DNA of 63,045 nucleotides, counting the filler, from Chiloscyllium plagiosum (taxonomy: Eukaryota), in the NCBI RefSeq assembly GCF_004010195.1. It is 5 parts of one record of this genome, joined end to end, with 100 filler letters (N's around TTAATTAATTAA, not from the genome) between each part and the next. Parts side by side here need not be neighbours in the genome. Positions count along the whole stretch, not along the records: positions 18,925 to 39,498 come from NC_057717.1; positions 39,599 to 50,670 come from NC_057717.1; 3 more parts are not named here. One strand, given 5' to 3'. Both the position numbers and the translations under genes were made by a program. The notes below the pieces were generated by a model. The model was not told the DNA's origin, did no database searches, and saw only the letters and a program-made list of their open reading frames with translations. Below, one piece after another: positions 37,140 through 48,975 of the stretch (its first letter is position 1; each line of letters opens with the position of its first letter).

Positions 37140-37400
37140 TATACACAACACCCTCCAGCCCACGCTTTCTTTCACTTTACAGGGACAGGTCTCCAGAGGC
37201 TTCATGGGGACTATAACTCCCACAGTCCCTGAGGCAGGGACCACATGTGTGTGGGGAAACCCAGCACTGTACATGTACAGAATGTGGGCGGGTTTTGGAG
37301 CATGTTCTTTGAGGTAACTAGCAGAAAGCATTTCACACTGTGATTGGCTGGAGAAGGGACGCATCTGCCTATAGTATTGATCAGCTGAGGGCGGGGGTCA
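37140..37400 (-). promoter_or_regulatory. Decayed promoter-like cassette with a ZNF143(SBS)-like motif
   Basis: ACTATAACTCCCA (37210-37222) resembles ACTACAnnTCCCA. ATTGGCTGGAG at ~37343 is the reverse of CTCCAGCCAAT at 12402. GC box GGGCGGGG at ~37390. Confidence 0.4.
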
Positions 37401-38753
37401 AAGTGTCACTATGCCCAGATGGGATCAAGTTCCATTCGCAACTGAAGGGAAAGGAAGTGAGCCCAGAAAGGGTGCAGAGTCTAACCAGTGACGAGAAGTG
37501 GTGGCATGGATCTGTTTATCAGTAATGCTATGAGAATGGGGAGAGTGTACATTGGGGGTAGCAGAGTCAGAATGGTGGGAGAGAATAAGTGGGCTGGAGG
37601 GTTACAGCTTTAGGGGAAGGAAGGGGAAAAAGGTATTCCAGAGAAACTAGAATTGTCTGTTCTGAATTTCTAATATGTACATATTCCTCTTATACAGGGT
37701 GCAAGATAGTGAAGATTTGCAGACTGAAATCTCAAAATCACGTGCAGATCGTGATAAAGTTAACCAGCATTTGAAGAACCAAAGATGGAAAATCACTCGG
37801 CCAAAATCCTGTAACACTCTCCCTTCCAGCATTGTTGGTCTGTCTGTGCCAAATGGACTGCGAATGGTTCAAGGCAGCAGCTCCCTACCATCTTCTGAAG
37901 GGTAACTAGAGATGGGGAATAAATGCTGGCTGAGCCAGTGATGCCCATATCGTGGAAATGGTTTCTACCTCTCGTTGCTGAAAGCCAGTTGATGTTACTG
38001 CAGGATGATGAGGGATGCTGAGTGCATCCTCCAGGAGGCAGCACCATCACATTACCCCTGCCTTCACCCACACAGTAACACCGCAAAGCCACTGGAACAA
38101 AAGGCAGTGAAGCTAAATGAATACTTAGATATAGTTCTTCGAGGTAAAGTCATGAAAGGGGATTGGAACACAGCAGGAACAGGAGACTGAGCTGGATGGT
38201 CAGCTGTTTCCCATTGAATGGTGGAGCAGGATTGAAAGGCTGAATGTTCTCCTCCTACTGCTATCTTCCAGGTATATATATAGCTATGGAGCCTGAGTAG
38301 GAAGAAGTAGGCAGGGATTCTCCAGGAGATTGCATTTCCACATCAGTTTTTAGTGAGGGATGGTTTGATGGATTCTATTTAACATTTATCTTTAACACAA
38401 GCTTTGTAAATTTTGGTTTAAAATGTTGTAAAAGCTTTTTGCACCGCAAATAAATTTAAAGAAAATAAATTGAACTGTCTGAATATAACAGTTTTAAAAC
38501 TTTCAACCTTTGTAAAGCAAAATCCAGTCTATTTCCGGACACCATCACTTTCCAGCTACTCAAACTCCAGGGATATATTCCCTCCCTGTCTGAACCTTTG
38601 GTTTGATTTAACTGCTTTTCAGTTCTCGTTCTGTTAACTGTGAAGCGTTCTTTTTCCCCATTTCTCCGACACAGAAATGTGAGCACAGCAACCTTCCCAC
38701 CATCAAAATCATCATTATGCCATTTTGCTTTTGGTTAACATATAATCACCAGC

Positions 38754-38898
38754 TGTGCAAAAGTGAGGACCGCAGAATATGGAAACCAGAGCCTAGATTA
38801 GAGTGGTGCGGGAAAAGGCCTTTTGCCAAAACGCTGATTTTCCAGCTCCTCGGATCCTGCCTGACCTGCTGTGCTTTTCCAGCACCACTCTAATCTAG
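38754..38898. mobile_element. Short Penelope-like terminal-repeat insertion with 16-bp TSD
   Basis: ACATATAATCACCAGC at 38738-38753 and 38899-38914. Inverted CTAGATTAGAGTGGTG / CACCACTCTAATCTAG. Body similar to the 40349 element. Confidence 0.8.
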
Positions 38899-39144
38899 AC
38901 ATATAATCACCAGCAGTAAACCATTTGTAAAACCAGTTGAATATTTCCAAATAGCCCATTACGGGCCAAGCAAACCATTGCAAGTGACAGAGTGAGAAGG
39001 GACTAAATCAAAGTAGAGTTGTGGGGAGGGGGGCAGCGGTGGAGATAAAGCACTGTATCCCCTGCGGTGCCCACCTCTATCTAAAGGCATCGAGAGCACT
39101 GATACACACCACATGCGCCTTCTCCAAGGACACCTTTATCCTCA

Positions 39145-39297
39145 ATCATAGAATAAAATCCCTACAGTGTGGAAGGAGAGCATTGGCCCATCAGACCCCA
39201 CCGACCATCCGAAGAACATCACGCCCAGAGCACTCTATCACTGTAAGACTGCATTTGCCATGGCTGATCCATCTGGTCTGCACAATTCTGGATACTG
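39145..39297 (-). mobile_element. HE1-like SINE 3' fragment
   Basis: CCCTACAGTGTGGAA...GGCCCATC resembles the SINE tail at 45960. Confidence 0.65.
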
Positions 39298-39299
39298 TG

Positions 39300-39498
39300 G
39301 ACAGCACGGTGGCACAGTCGTTAGCACTGCTGCCTCACAGCGCCAGAGACCCGGGTTCAATTCCCATCTCAGGCGACTCTCTGTGTGGAGTTTGCACATT
39401 CTCCCCGTGTCTGCGTGGGTTTCCTCCGGGTGCTCCGGTTTCCTCCCACAATCCAAAAATGTGCAGGTTAGGTGAATTGGCCATGCTAAATTGCCCGT
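39300..39498 (+). mobile_element. HE1-like SINE 5' part (cut by gap)
   Basis: GCACGGTGGCACAGTCGTTAGC (A box) and GGGTTCAATTCCC (B box). Confidence 0.9.
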
Positions 39499-40348
39499 NN
39501 NNNNNNNNNNNNNNNNNNNNNNNNNNNNNNNNNNNNNNNNNNTTAATTAATTAANNNNNNNNNNNNNNNNNNNNNNNNNNNNNNNNNNNNNNNNNNNNCA
39601 TAAAATATGCCTTCCAGTCCAGGCAACATCTTGATAAATCTCATCGACACCTTCTCTAAAGCATCCGCATCCAATGTGTAATAAAGTGATCAGAACCGAA
39701 CACAATATTCTAAGTGTCGTCTCACCAGGGATCCATAGAGGTGCAGCATAACCTCGTGGCTCTTAAACTCAATCTCCCCGCTAATGAAAGCCAACACACC
39801 ATGCACCGTCGTAATAACCCTATCACCTTGGATGTCAGTTATGAGTAATCTATGGACGTGGACCTCACAATCCCACTGTTCCTCCACATTGTCAAGAATC
39901 CTGAATTTAATCTGAAAATATGCATTCAAATTTGAAATTCAAAAATGAATAACTTCACATTTTCCCAGGTTGAACTCCATCTGCCACTTCTCAGCCCAGC
40001 TCTGCATCCTGTCAATGTCCTCTAGTAACCTACAAAAGCCCTCCACACTATCCACAACTCCACCAACCCTCGTGTCATTGGAAAACCTCCTAACTCACCC
40101 TTCCACTTCATGATCCAAGTCATTTGTACAAATCACAAAGAGCAGAGGTCCCAGAACTAATCCCTTCAGAACACCATTGGTCACCGTGCTCCAAGCTGAA
40201 AACTATCTATGTAATCTCACCCTGTCTTATATGGGCCAGCAGATTTATTATCTAACCAGGCAGGTTTCCCTGTATCCCATGCCTCATTACTTTCTAAATG
40301 AGCCTACCATGGGAAACCTTATCAAACACCTTGCTAAAATCCATATAC

Positions 40349-40567
40349 TGAAAATGTGTTGCTGGAAAAGCGCAGCAGGTCAGGCAGCATCCAGGGAACA
40401 GGAGAATTGACGTTTCGGGCATAAGCCCTTCTTCAGGAATCCTGAAGAAGGGCTTATGCCCGAAACGTCGATTCTCCTGTTCCCAGGATGCTGCCTGACC
40501 TGCTGCGCTTTTCCAGCAACACATTTTCAGCTCTGATCTCCAGCATCTGCAGACCTCACTTTCTCCT
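40349..40567. mobile_element. Non-autonomous Penelope-like palindromic element with 15-bp TSD
   Basis: Near-perfect palindrome 40348-40530 centred on 40439. TSD CTAAAATCCATATAC at 40334-40348 and 40568-40582. Confidence 0.85.
40436..40475 (+). ncRNA. Minimal type I hammerhead ribozyme motif
   Basis: GGAAUC-CUGAAGA-A-GGGC(UUAU)GCCC-GAAAC-GUC-GAUUCU: conserved core, helix II, palindromic ACGU helix III, GUC site and a paired helix I. Confidence 0.65.
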
Positions 40568-43159
40568 CTAAAATCCATATACACCACATCCACTACTCTG
40601 TCCTCACCAATGTGCTTGTCGCATCCTCAAATAATTCAATAAAGCTTGTGAGGCATAACCTGCCGCTCACAAAGCCATGCTGACCATCTCTAATCAATCT
40701 ATACTTTTCCAAATAATCATCAATCCTGTCTCTCAGAATCCTCTCCAATAATTTGCCCACAACTGATGTAAGACTGAATCATCGATGATTCCTAGGATTA
40801 TCCCAATTGCCTTTCTTGAATAAGGGAATAATGTTTGCCACCCTCCAATCATCTGGTATGACTCCAGTGGACAGTGAGGTTGCAAAGATCATTGCCAAAA
40901 CACAGTAATCTCTTGCCTCCCTTCCCATAACAACCTAAGTTATATCCTTTCTGGCCCAGGGGACTTATCTATCCCCATGACTTTTCAATATTTCCAGCAC
41001 ATTCTCAGACTTAACATAGACCTGTTCAACCATATCAGCCTGTTTCACACTGTCCTCACAAAGAACCAGGTCCCACTCACTCGTGAATACTGAAGCAAAG
41101 TACTCATTAAGGACCTCCCCTACTCCCTCTGACTCCTGGCACAAGCTTGCTTCACTATAAGGGGTATAAATGTGGAATTACGCCTCAGCACTGAATTAAT
41201 GTAAAGATATTGCAGTGTACAATCACTCGATTACTTTGAATATTGAACTGTATTTTAACTTAAAGAGCACAGTTGAATTGATTTGATTATATTTCACTTC
41301 ATGCTAACGTTTATTGTATTTCGAACCACAATAAGTGTTTCATTTTTGCATATATAAATCTTACTTAAAATTCATCGCACGTTTATGTACCGAAAATAGA
41401 ATTACCATCTGCTTGTTCCTTTTTCAATGCGTGTTCATTTTGAATTTGTGGAAGTTGTACATTGGTGAAAGGAAGGGAAATTGTCTTCAGCTGAATATTC
41501 ACATTGAATGACTGATGCATTTTTAAATCAAAGTACAATGATCACGCAGTTTTGTCAATTTGTTTTTCAAATAATTGTCATGAGATTCCTGTTTATTTAA
41601 GAGTATCATTCATTTATTCTATTGTTATTGTAAAATATTGCTTAATTTCCAGTCCATTACACACAGAAACTACGTAATTAATTCCCATTCAAATTACAAC
41701 AATAAACAGCTGATTAGTTTTCATTTGAGAAACCACATGAAACACAATATTGCAGTCCTGCCGCCCTGAGTGGGAGCATTATGAAAGGAACTTGTGCAGC
41801 TATGGTCGTGTCTCTATTTCTAGACCCGAGGGAATGTTTTAAATCACACCTTCAACAGAAATATTTCAAGAGCTGCTCTGAATGTTGATTAGAGAGTACC
41901 TAAGCACAGACTGAATTGCTTTTCAATCCAACATTAGATCTGCTTTTATCTATTATATCAATAATCACAAAATCTGATACTTATTTGAATCAGGTTACCA
42001 AGAAATATGTGTTGGAAAACTCGCTTTAGCCACTTTGCTTTTACAAAAGACTTACATCTGTCCCTGTTTTCTCTAACTGAAAGAAATATGAAGAGGATTT
42101 TCACTTTTACGAAAAAAGGGGAGATGTTTCCCAAATAAATTAATGCTTCTTCGACTAACGCCTTTTCAGATTATGTAAGGTTTCATAATAACGCTTTACT
42201 TTCGGATAATGTGGATACCTGTATCTAATTCTGTCGCTTATAAGTTCCTGGAGAATATTAGAAAATTTTGCAGAATTCAAGATTATGATGTCTAAGTAAT
42301 TAGATTGATTTTTTTTTGTTGCAAAGGGGCAAGTCCAAACAATTGAAACACATTAAACATTATTCTCTTGTGCTATAAATTTGAAATAAAGTTGATAGCT
42401 TCTTCAGTAAACTAACAAATGCTACCACCTATTACTTGTCAGTCAGCTGATTGCCTACTTTGTAACTAAATATTGTGATTCATCTAAATATTACTCTGTT
42501 CATTGATCAAAGTGAATTTGTGATTGTTGTTCAGTTTATGAATTGTCAGAAACTTGTTTTTATTTTTCCATTCACATGTTCATTTTGACGGTAAGATTGA
42601 AATGCTTTGAAAATATTGGAGTTTGTTCGTTTAAAAATAAGGTTTGCACATCTCTCACATATCTCATTTCTTGTATTATGATTCAAGAATGTTTACTGGT
42701 GGAATTCAAGTAAATTCTAAACATTTGTTCACTTCAAATAAGATCTTTAACACCCAGTTATCAATCTGTTGTTAATGTTTCAGCTGTTTACATTGACATT
42801 GATTAGGTACACATTCAGAGAGATCAACTGACAATTATAAACTATTTGCAGCATTATTGAATTGAAAGAAAGATGCAGATGTCCAAACATTTCTTGGAAG
42901 GAATTGCTTTTTCATTCAAATGTTCAAGAATTCTATATTGCCTTCCACTGGTTTTCTTGTCGAGAAATCAAATTTGTAATTCATATGAATTTTAATGTGT
43001 TCTGTATTTTGAAATTTGTATCAGAATTAAGAAGAAAAAGAGGAGCAATTAACATGAAAACTTCAATGAATAGAAAGCACAGTAAATTAAATTGACAGAG
43101 GCAACATTTAGTATTATCTCTGAATATTCAGTCAAATTTTTCTAATGTCAAAAGAGCGA

Positions 43160-43315
43160 GGTGCCGGAAAAGCACAGCAGGTCAGGCAGCATTCGAGGAG
43201 AAGCAGAATCGACGTTTTGGGCATGAGCCGTTCATCAGGAATCTTTTCTGATGACGGCCTAATGCCCGACAGGTTGATACTCCTGCTCTTTGGATGTGCC
43301 TGCCCTTTTCCAATG
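43160..43315. mobile_element. Older, decayed copy of the palindromic Penelope-like element
   Basis: GGAAAAGCACAGCAGGTCAGGCAGCAT...TTCATCAGGAAT..TTCTGATGACGGCCTAATGCCCGAC. Confidence 0.75.
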
Positions 43316-43849
43316 CTAAAGCTTTCCTCACTTTCTCCAAATATGTTTCATGAACACGAACTGAAAATGTTCCCATCAGCAGTTGAACAAGACCAAATTA
43401 ACACATTTTTTGCAATATTTAGAGTGAAAACCTGTTTGAGAACATGCAACAAATTAGATCGAGCAACATGTCTTGCCGTTAGAACCCTTGGCCATTCATA
43501 ATAAAGAATAACCATGCTTTGAACAACCATTATGGTGTATAACTACTGAACTGAAGTACCAGAGGGACAACGATTGCATATATTGAAGGGAATGATAACC
43601 AGATCCTGACTGTGATAATGGCGATTGATCTCATAAACAATAAAATTTTACTGTGATTAGCCCACTGAACAGTAATTAGATGGTCATGAAGATCTTTGCG
43701 TGACTTTACGTGCAGTGTTTTGTTTGAACATTGATTTCAGTAACATTGAGATATTTTACAAGATTGACAATTTACAATTAAAGATAAGTTTTAAATGCAA
43801 CATTTAAAAAAAATTGTCGGTTTTGTTTAGCGAATCACAATTCTAAGTT

Positions 43850-44141
43850 TATGGAATCCCTATTGTGTGGAAACAGGCCATTTGGCCCAACAAGTCTAAA
43901 CTGACGTTCCAAAGAATAATCCACTCAGCACCATTCTGCTCTCAGGTTACTGGACATTTACCCCTGCCTAATGCACATAACTTACACATCCCTGAACAGA
44001 ACGTGCAGCTTAGCATGGCCAATTTACCTAACCTGCATATCTTTGGATTGTCGGAGAAAACCAGAACATGCAAACTTCACACAAGCATGTGGCCGAGGAT
44101 GGAATCAAACCCAAGTGCATAACACGAGTGCTAACCACTGA
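43850..44141 (-). mobile_element. HE1-like SINE (diverged)
   Basis: TGTGGAAACAGGCCATTTGGCCCAACAAGTC...CCTAACCTGCATATCTTTGGA...GTGCTAACCACTGA. Confidence 0.8.
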
Positions 44142-44838
44142 TCCTCTGATCTCAATGCCCAGCCCCCATGCAAGAAGTGAGATAAGTGAGAGACGTGCAA
44201 AGTCAGATTTCAAATGAACACTCTCTGATGTTGCCAAAGCGTATCAATCTTACATTCAATATGAATAGTTGAATGGAAAACAAAAAATGGAAATCCCTGA
44301 CAAATCATGACTGAACAATAATTAGAAAATTAATATGANNNNNNNNNNNNNNNNNNNNNNNNNNNNNNNNNNNNNNNNNNNNNNNNNNNNNNNNNNNNNN
44401 NNNNNNNNNNNNNNNNNNNNNNNNNNNNNNNNNNNNNNNNNNNNNNNNNNNNNNNNNNNNNNNNNNNNNNNNNNNNNNNNNNNNNNNNNNNNNNNNNNNN
44501 NNNNNNNNNNNNNNNNNNNNNNNNNNNNNNNNNNNNNNNNNNNNNNNNNNNNNNNNNNNNNNNNNNNNNNNNNNNNNNNNNNNNNNNNNNNNNNNNNNNN
44601 NNNNNNNNNNNNNNNNNNNNNNNNNNNNNNNNNNNNNNNNNNNNNNNNNNNNNNNNNNNNNNNNNNNNNNNNNNNNNNNNNNNNNNNNNNNNNNNNNNNN
44701 NNNNNNNNNNNNNNNNNNNNNNNNNNNNNNNNNNNNNNNNNNNNNNNNNNNNNNNNNNNNNNNNNNNNNNNNNNNNNNNNNNNNNNNNNNNNNNNNNNNN
44801 NNNNNNNNNNNNNNNNNNNNNNNNNNNNNNNNNNNNNN

Positions 44839-47280
44839 GTATGTTCTATCAATCTAACTTCTTTTATTAGCCGAGTTGTTCCATCAAGGACCTGTACTGC
44901 GCTGTAATGTGATGTGTTGTGTTGGTCTAATGTCTGGTATTAGCCGAAAGCTACCATAAAGGGCCTGTACAGCGATGTAATGGTGTACACTCTATCATTC
45001 TAACATTTTTTATTTGCCGACTTGTTCCTTGAAGGGACTGTACTGCATTGCAATGTGCTATTTTGTATTGATCTAATGTCCGGTATTAGCCGAATGGTCC
45101 CATAAGGTCCCTGTACATATCTGTAATACTGTGTGTTCCATCAGTCTAACTTCCTCCATTTGCCGAGGTGCTCCATCAAGGGTCTGTACTGTGCTTTAGT
45201 GTTCTGTGTTATATTGGTCTAATGTCCGATATTAGCCGAGCGGTTTCATAAAGCATCTTTGCTGTGCTGTTAAGTTTTCTGCTGTATTGGTCTAAAGTCC
45301 ATTATTAGCCAAATTGTACCATAAAAGGGCTCTACTGCGATGTAATACTGTATGTTCTATCAGTCTAACATTCTTTATTAGCTGAGTTGTTTCTTATAGG
45401 GCCTGTACTGCGCTGTACGGTGCAATGTTATATTGGTCAAATGTCCGGTATTAGCCAAATGGTACCATAAAGTGCCTGTACTGCGATGTAATGCTGTATG
45501 TTCTATAAGTCTAACTTCCTTCATGAGCCGAGTTGTTCCTTACAGGGCCTGTATTACGCTGTAATGTGCTATGTTGTATTGATCTAATGTCCGGTATTAG
45601 ACGAATGGTATCATCAAGTGCCTGTACATATCTGAAATGCTGTGTGTTGCATCAGTCTAACTTACTTCATTAGCCGAGATGCTTCATCAAGGGGCTGTTC
45701 TGTGCTTTAGTGTTCTGTGTTGTATTGGTCTTTACATCACAGTAAAGGTCCTTTATGCAACCGCTCGGCTAATACCGGCTAATATAGACCAATACAACAC
45801 AGAACACTAAAGCACAGTAGAGCGCTTTAATGGAGCACCTCGGCTAATGAAGGAGGTTAGACTGATAGAACACACAGCATTACAGATATGTACAGGCACA
45901 TTATGGTACCATTCGGCTAATACCGGACATTAGATTAGATTAGATGAGATTAGATTACTTACAGTGTGGAAACAGGCCCTTCGGCCCAACAAGTCCACAC
46001 CGCCCCGCCGAAGCGCAACCCACCCATACCCCTACATTTACCCCTTACCTAACACTACGGGCAATTTAGCATGTCCAATTCACCTGACCTGCCCATCTTT
46101 GTGACTGTGGGAGGAAACCGGAGCACCCGGAGGAAACCCACGCAGACACGGGGAGAACGTGCAAACTCCACACAGTCAGTCGCCTGAGGCGGGAATTGAA
46201 CCCGGGTCTCTGGCGCTGTGAGGCAGCAGTGCTAACCACTGTGCCACCGTGCCGCCCACTAGACTAGACATTAGACGTATCACACCTATTATACAGAGCA
46301 CATTACAGCGCAGTACAGGTCCTTTATGAAATCGCTCCCCTAATACAGGAATATAGATTCATAGTTTGTAGAGAATTGCAGCACAGCACAGTCCAATTAT
46401 GGAAACACTCGGCCAACAACGGGCTTTAAGCCAATACAGCAGAGAACTTTGCAGCAAAGTAAGTGTCCTTTATGCAAACGCTCGGCTAATACTGGATATT
46501 AGACCAATACAACACAGAGCACTAAAGCACAGTACAGCCCTTGATGGAGCACCTCGGCTAATGAGGTAAGTTAGACTGGTAGAACACACAGCATTACAGA
46601 TATGCACAGGCACTTTATGGTACCATTCGTCTAATACCGGACATTAGATCAATACAACATAACACACTGCAGCGCAGTACACGCCCTTTAAGGAACAACT
46701 CGGCTAATAAAGGAAGTTAGACTTATAGATCATACTGTATTACATCGCAGTACAGGCCCTTGTGTTCTACGACTCTAACTTCCTTTATTAAACCGAGTGG
46801 TTCCATCAAGGGCCTGTACTACGTTGTAATCTTTGATATTGTATTGATCTAATGTCTGTATTAGCGGAATGGTACCATAAAGTGCCTGTACTGTGCTGTA
46901 ATGCTGTATGTTCTACGACTCTAACTTGCTTTATTAGCCGAGCAGTTCCGTAAAGGACCTGTACTCCGCTGTAATCTTCTATGTTGTATTGGTCTCATGT
47001 CCGATATTAGCTGAGTGATTCCATAAAGGGCCTGTACTGTGCTGTAATTCTCTACGTTCTTTGAATTTATTAAACTTCGTTAGTCGAACGGTTCCCTAAA
47101 GGACCTGTACTGCGCTGTAATGTTATATATTGTCATGGTCTAACGTGCAGTGTTAGCTGAGTGGTTCCATATAGGTCCTGTACGGCGCTATAATGCTGTA
47201 TGTTCTTTGACTCTAACTTCCTTTATTAGCCGAGCGGTTCCATCAAGGACGTATACCGTGCTGTAATGCTGTATGCTCCA
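44839..47280. repeat. 73-bp satellite (146-bp dimer), with an inverted block ~45734-46760
   Basis: TATT(A/T)GCCGA at 44865, 44938, 45011 and 45084. Spacers alternate between TGGTCTAATGTCCGG and CAGTCTAACTTCCTT. Confidence 0.92.
45935..46257 (-). mobile_element. Young full-length HE1-like SINE with 9-bp TSD
   Basis: Minus strand GGGCGGCACGGTGGCACAGTGG (A box), GGTTCAATTCC (B box) and (TCTAA)n tail. GACATTAGA at 45926-45934 and 46267-46275. Confidence 0.95.
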
Positions 47281-47289
47281 TTTTTCGCG

Positions 47290-48975
47290 GGCTTGCTGTT
47301 CCCTATATGAGGCACAGGGTCAGCTGCTCTCCTTATTACTGTTCTCTATATTATGCACAGGTACTGTTTTTTTCTAAAACAGAAACAATGACTGCTATAC
47401 TCTATACTATGCACAGGGATAGCGGTTCTCCATATTGCACACACGGTCTGCTGATCTCTCGATTATACACAGGGACTGCTGTTCTCGAAATTACACAGAG
47501 GGACTGCTGTTCCCTCTAAGCGACAGAGGGACTGCTGTTCCCTATCTGGGCTCAGGGTCTGCTGCTGTCTTTATTAAACAGAGGGAGTGCTGTTCTCTGT
47601 ATTATTCACAGGCTCTGCTGTTCTCTAAAATAGACACAGAATCTGTTGTTCTCTATATTATACACAATGATGGCAGTTCTCATTATTACACACAGGGACT
47701 GCTCTTCTCTACAATGTACGCATGACCACAGTTCTCTACATTTTACACAGGGACTCCTGTTCTCCACATTATAATCAGGGACTGTTGTTTTCTAAATTAT
47801 TCAAAGGGTTTGCTGTTCTCTAAAAAAGGACACAGGGACAAGTGTTCCCTATATTATACACAGCGACATCTGTTCTCTATATTCTATGTAGCGAAGGCTG
47901 TTCTCTACACTGAACACAGGGACTGCTCTTCCCTACAGTATACGCAGGACTGGTGTTCTCCACATTTTACACAGGGACCAATGTTCTCTTCCATACCCTC
48001 AGGGACAGATGTTCTCTATATTATACGCATCGACTGCTGTTCTCGAGATGAAGCAGAGGATCTGCTTTTCTCCACAATATACAGAGGGACTGCTGTTCTC
48101 CACATTATAAACAGGGTTTGCTGTTCTCCATATAACGCACAGGGACTGCTGTTCTATATATTACCCTCAGGTACTGCTGTTCTCTCTATTATATTTTGGG
48201 ACTGCTGTTCTCTGCAATGTACACAGGACTGCTGTTCTCTATATTCTAAACTGCTGTTTATTAAACACAGGGACTGCTGTTCTCTATATTGTACACTGTT
48301 CTCTGTTTTATACACAGTGACTCATGTTCTCTATGCTATACACAGGGATTGCTGTTCTCCATATTGTACAAAGGCTCTGCTGTTCTCTATATTGGACACA
48401 GGGATTGCTCTATATTCTACACTGTTCTCCGTTTTATACACAGTGACTCATTTTCTCTATGCTATACACAGGGATTGCTGTTCTCCATATTGTACAAAGG
48501 CTCTGCTGTTCTCTATACTGTACACAGGGACTGCTATTCTCACTCATACACGTGCACGGTTGTTTTGTATATTTGACACAAGTACTGCTGTTCTCCATAT
48601 TATACACGGATAAGGCTGTTCTCTATATTACACAGATGGACTCATGCTGTCCATGACATACACAGGGACAACTGTTCTCCATGTTATTCACAGCGACTGC
48701 TGTTCCCTATATTATGCACAGGAATTGCTGTTCTCTTTATTAAACCCAGGGACTGCTGTTCTCTATATTAAAGATCGCGACGGCTGTTCTCTACTCTGTG
48801 CACAGGGTCTGACCTTCCCTACAATGTAAGCAGGACTGCTAGTCTCTGCATTTTACACATGGACTAATGTTCTTTACCATACACTCAGGGACAGCTGTTC
48901 TCTACAGTATACCCATCGACTTCTGTTCTCTGCATGAGACACAGTATCTGCAGTTCTCCACAACATACACAAGGA
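47290..48975 (+). repeat. 28-bp minisatellite (CACAGGGACTGCTGTTCTCTATATTATA)
   Basis: AGGGACTGC at 47471, 47499 and 47527, continuing with diverged units. Confidence 0.92.

Larger units (their letters stand above)
39599..41155 (-). mobile_element. CR1 LINE ORF2 (RT) fragment
   Basis: DVVYMDFSKVFDKVSHGRL (split by an insertion) and LVRRHLEYCVRF. Confidence 0.9.

Noticed and set aside
39300..39370. tRNA-like A/B boxes (also ~46190-46257)
   Set aside because: These are SINE heads continuing into the HE1-like body, with no complete cloverleaf.
47810..48613. 267-aa Cys-rich ORF
   Set aside because: It is a translation of the 28-bp minisatellite.
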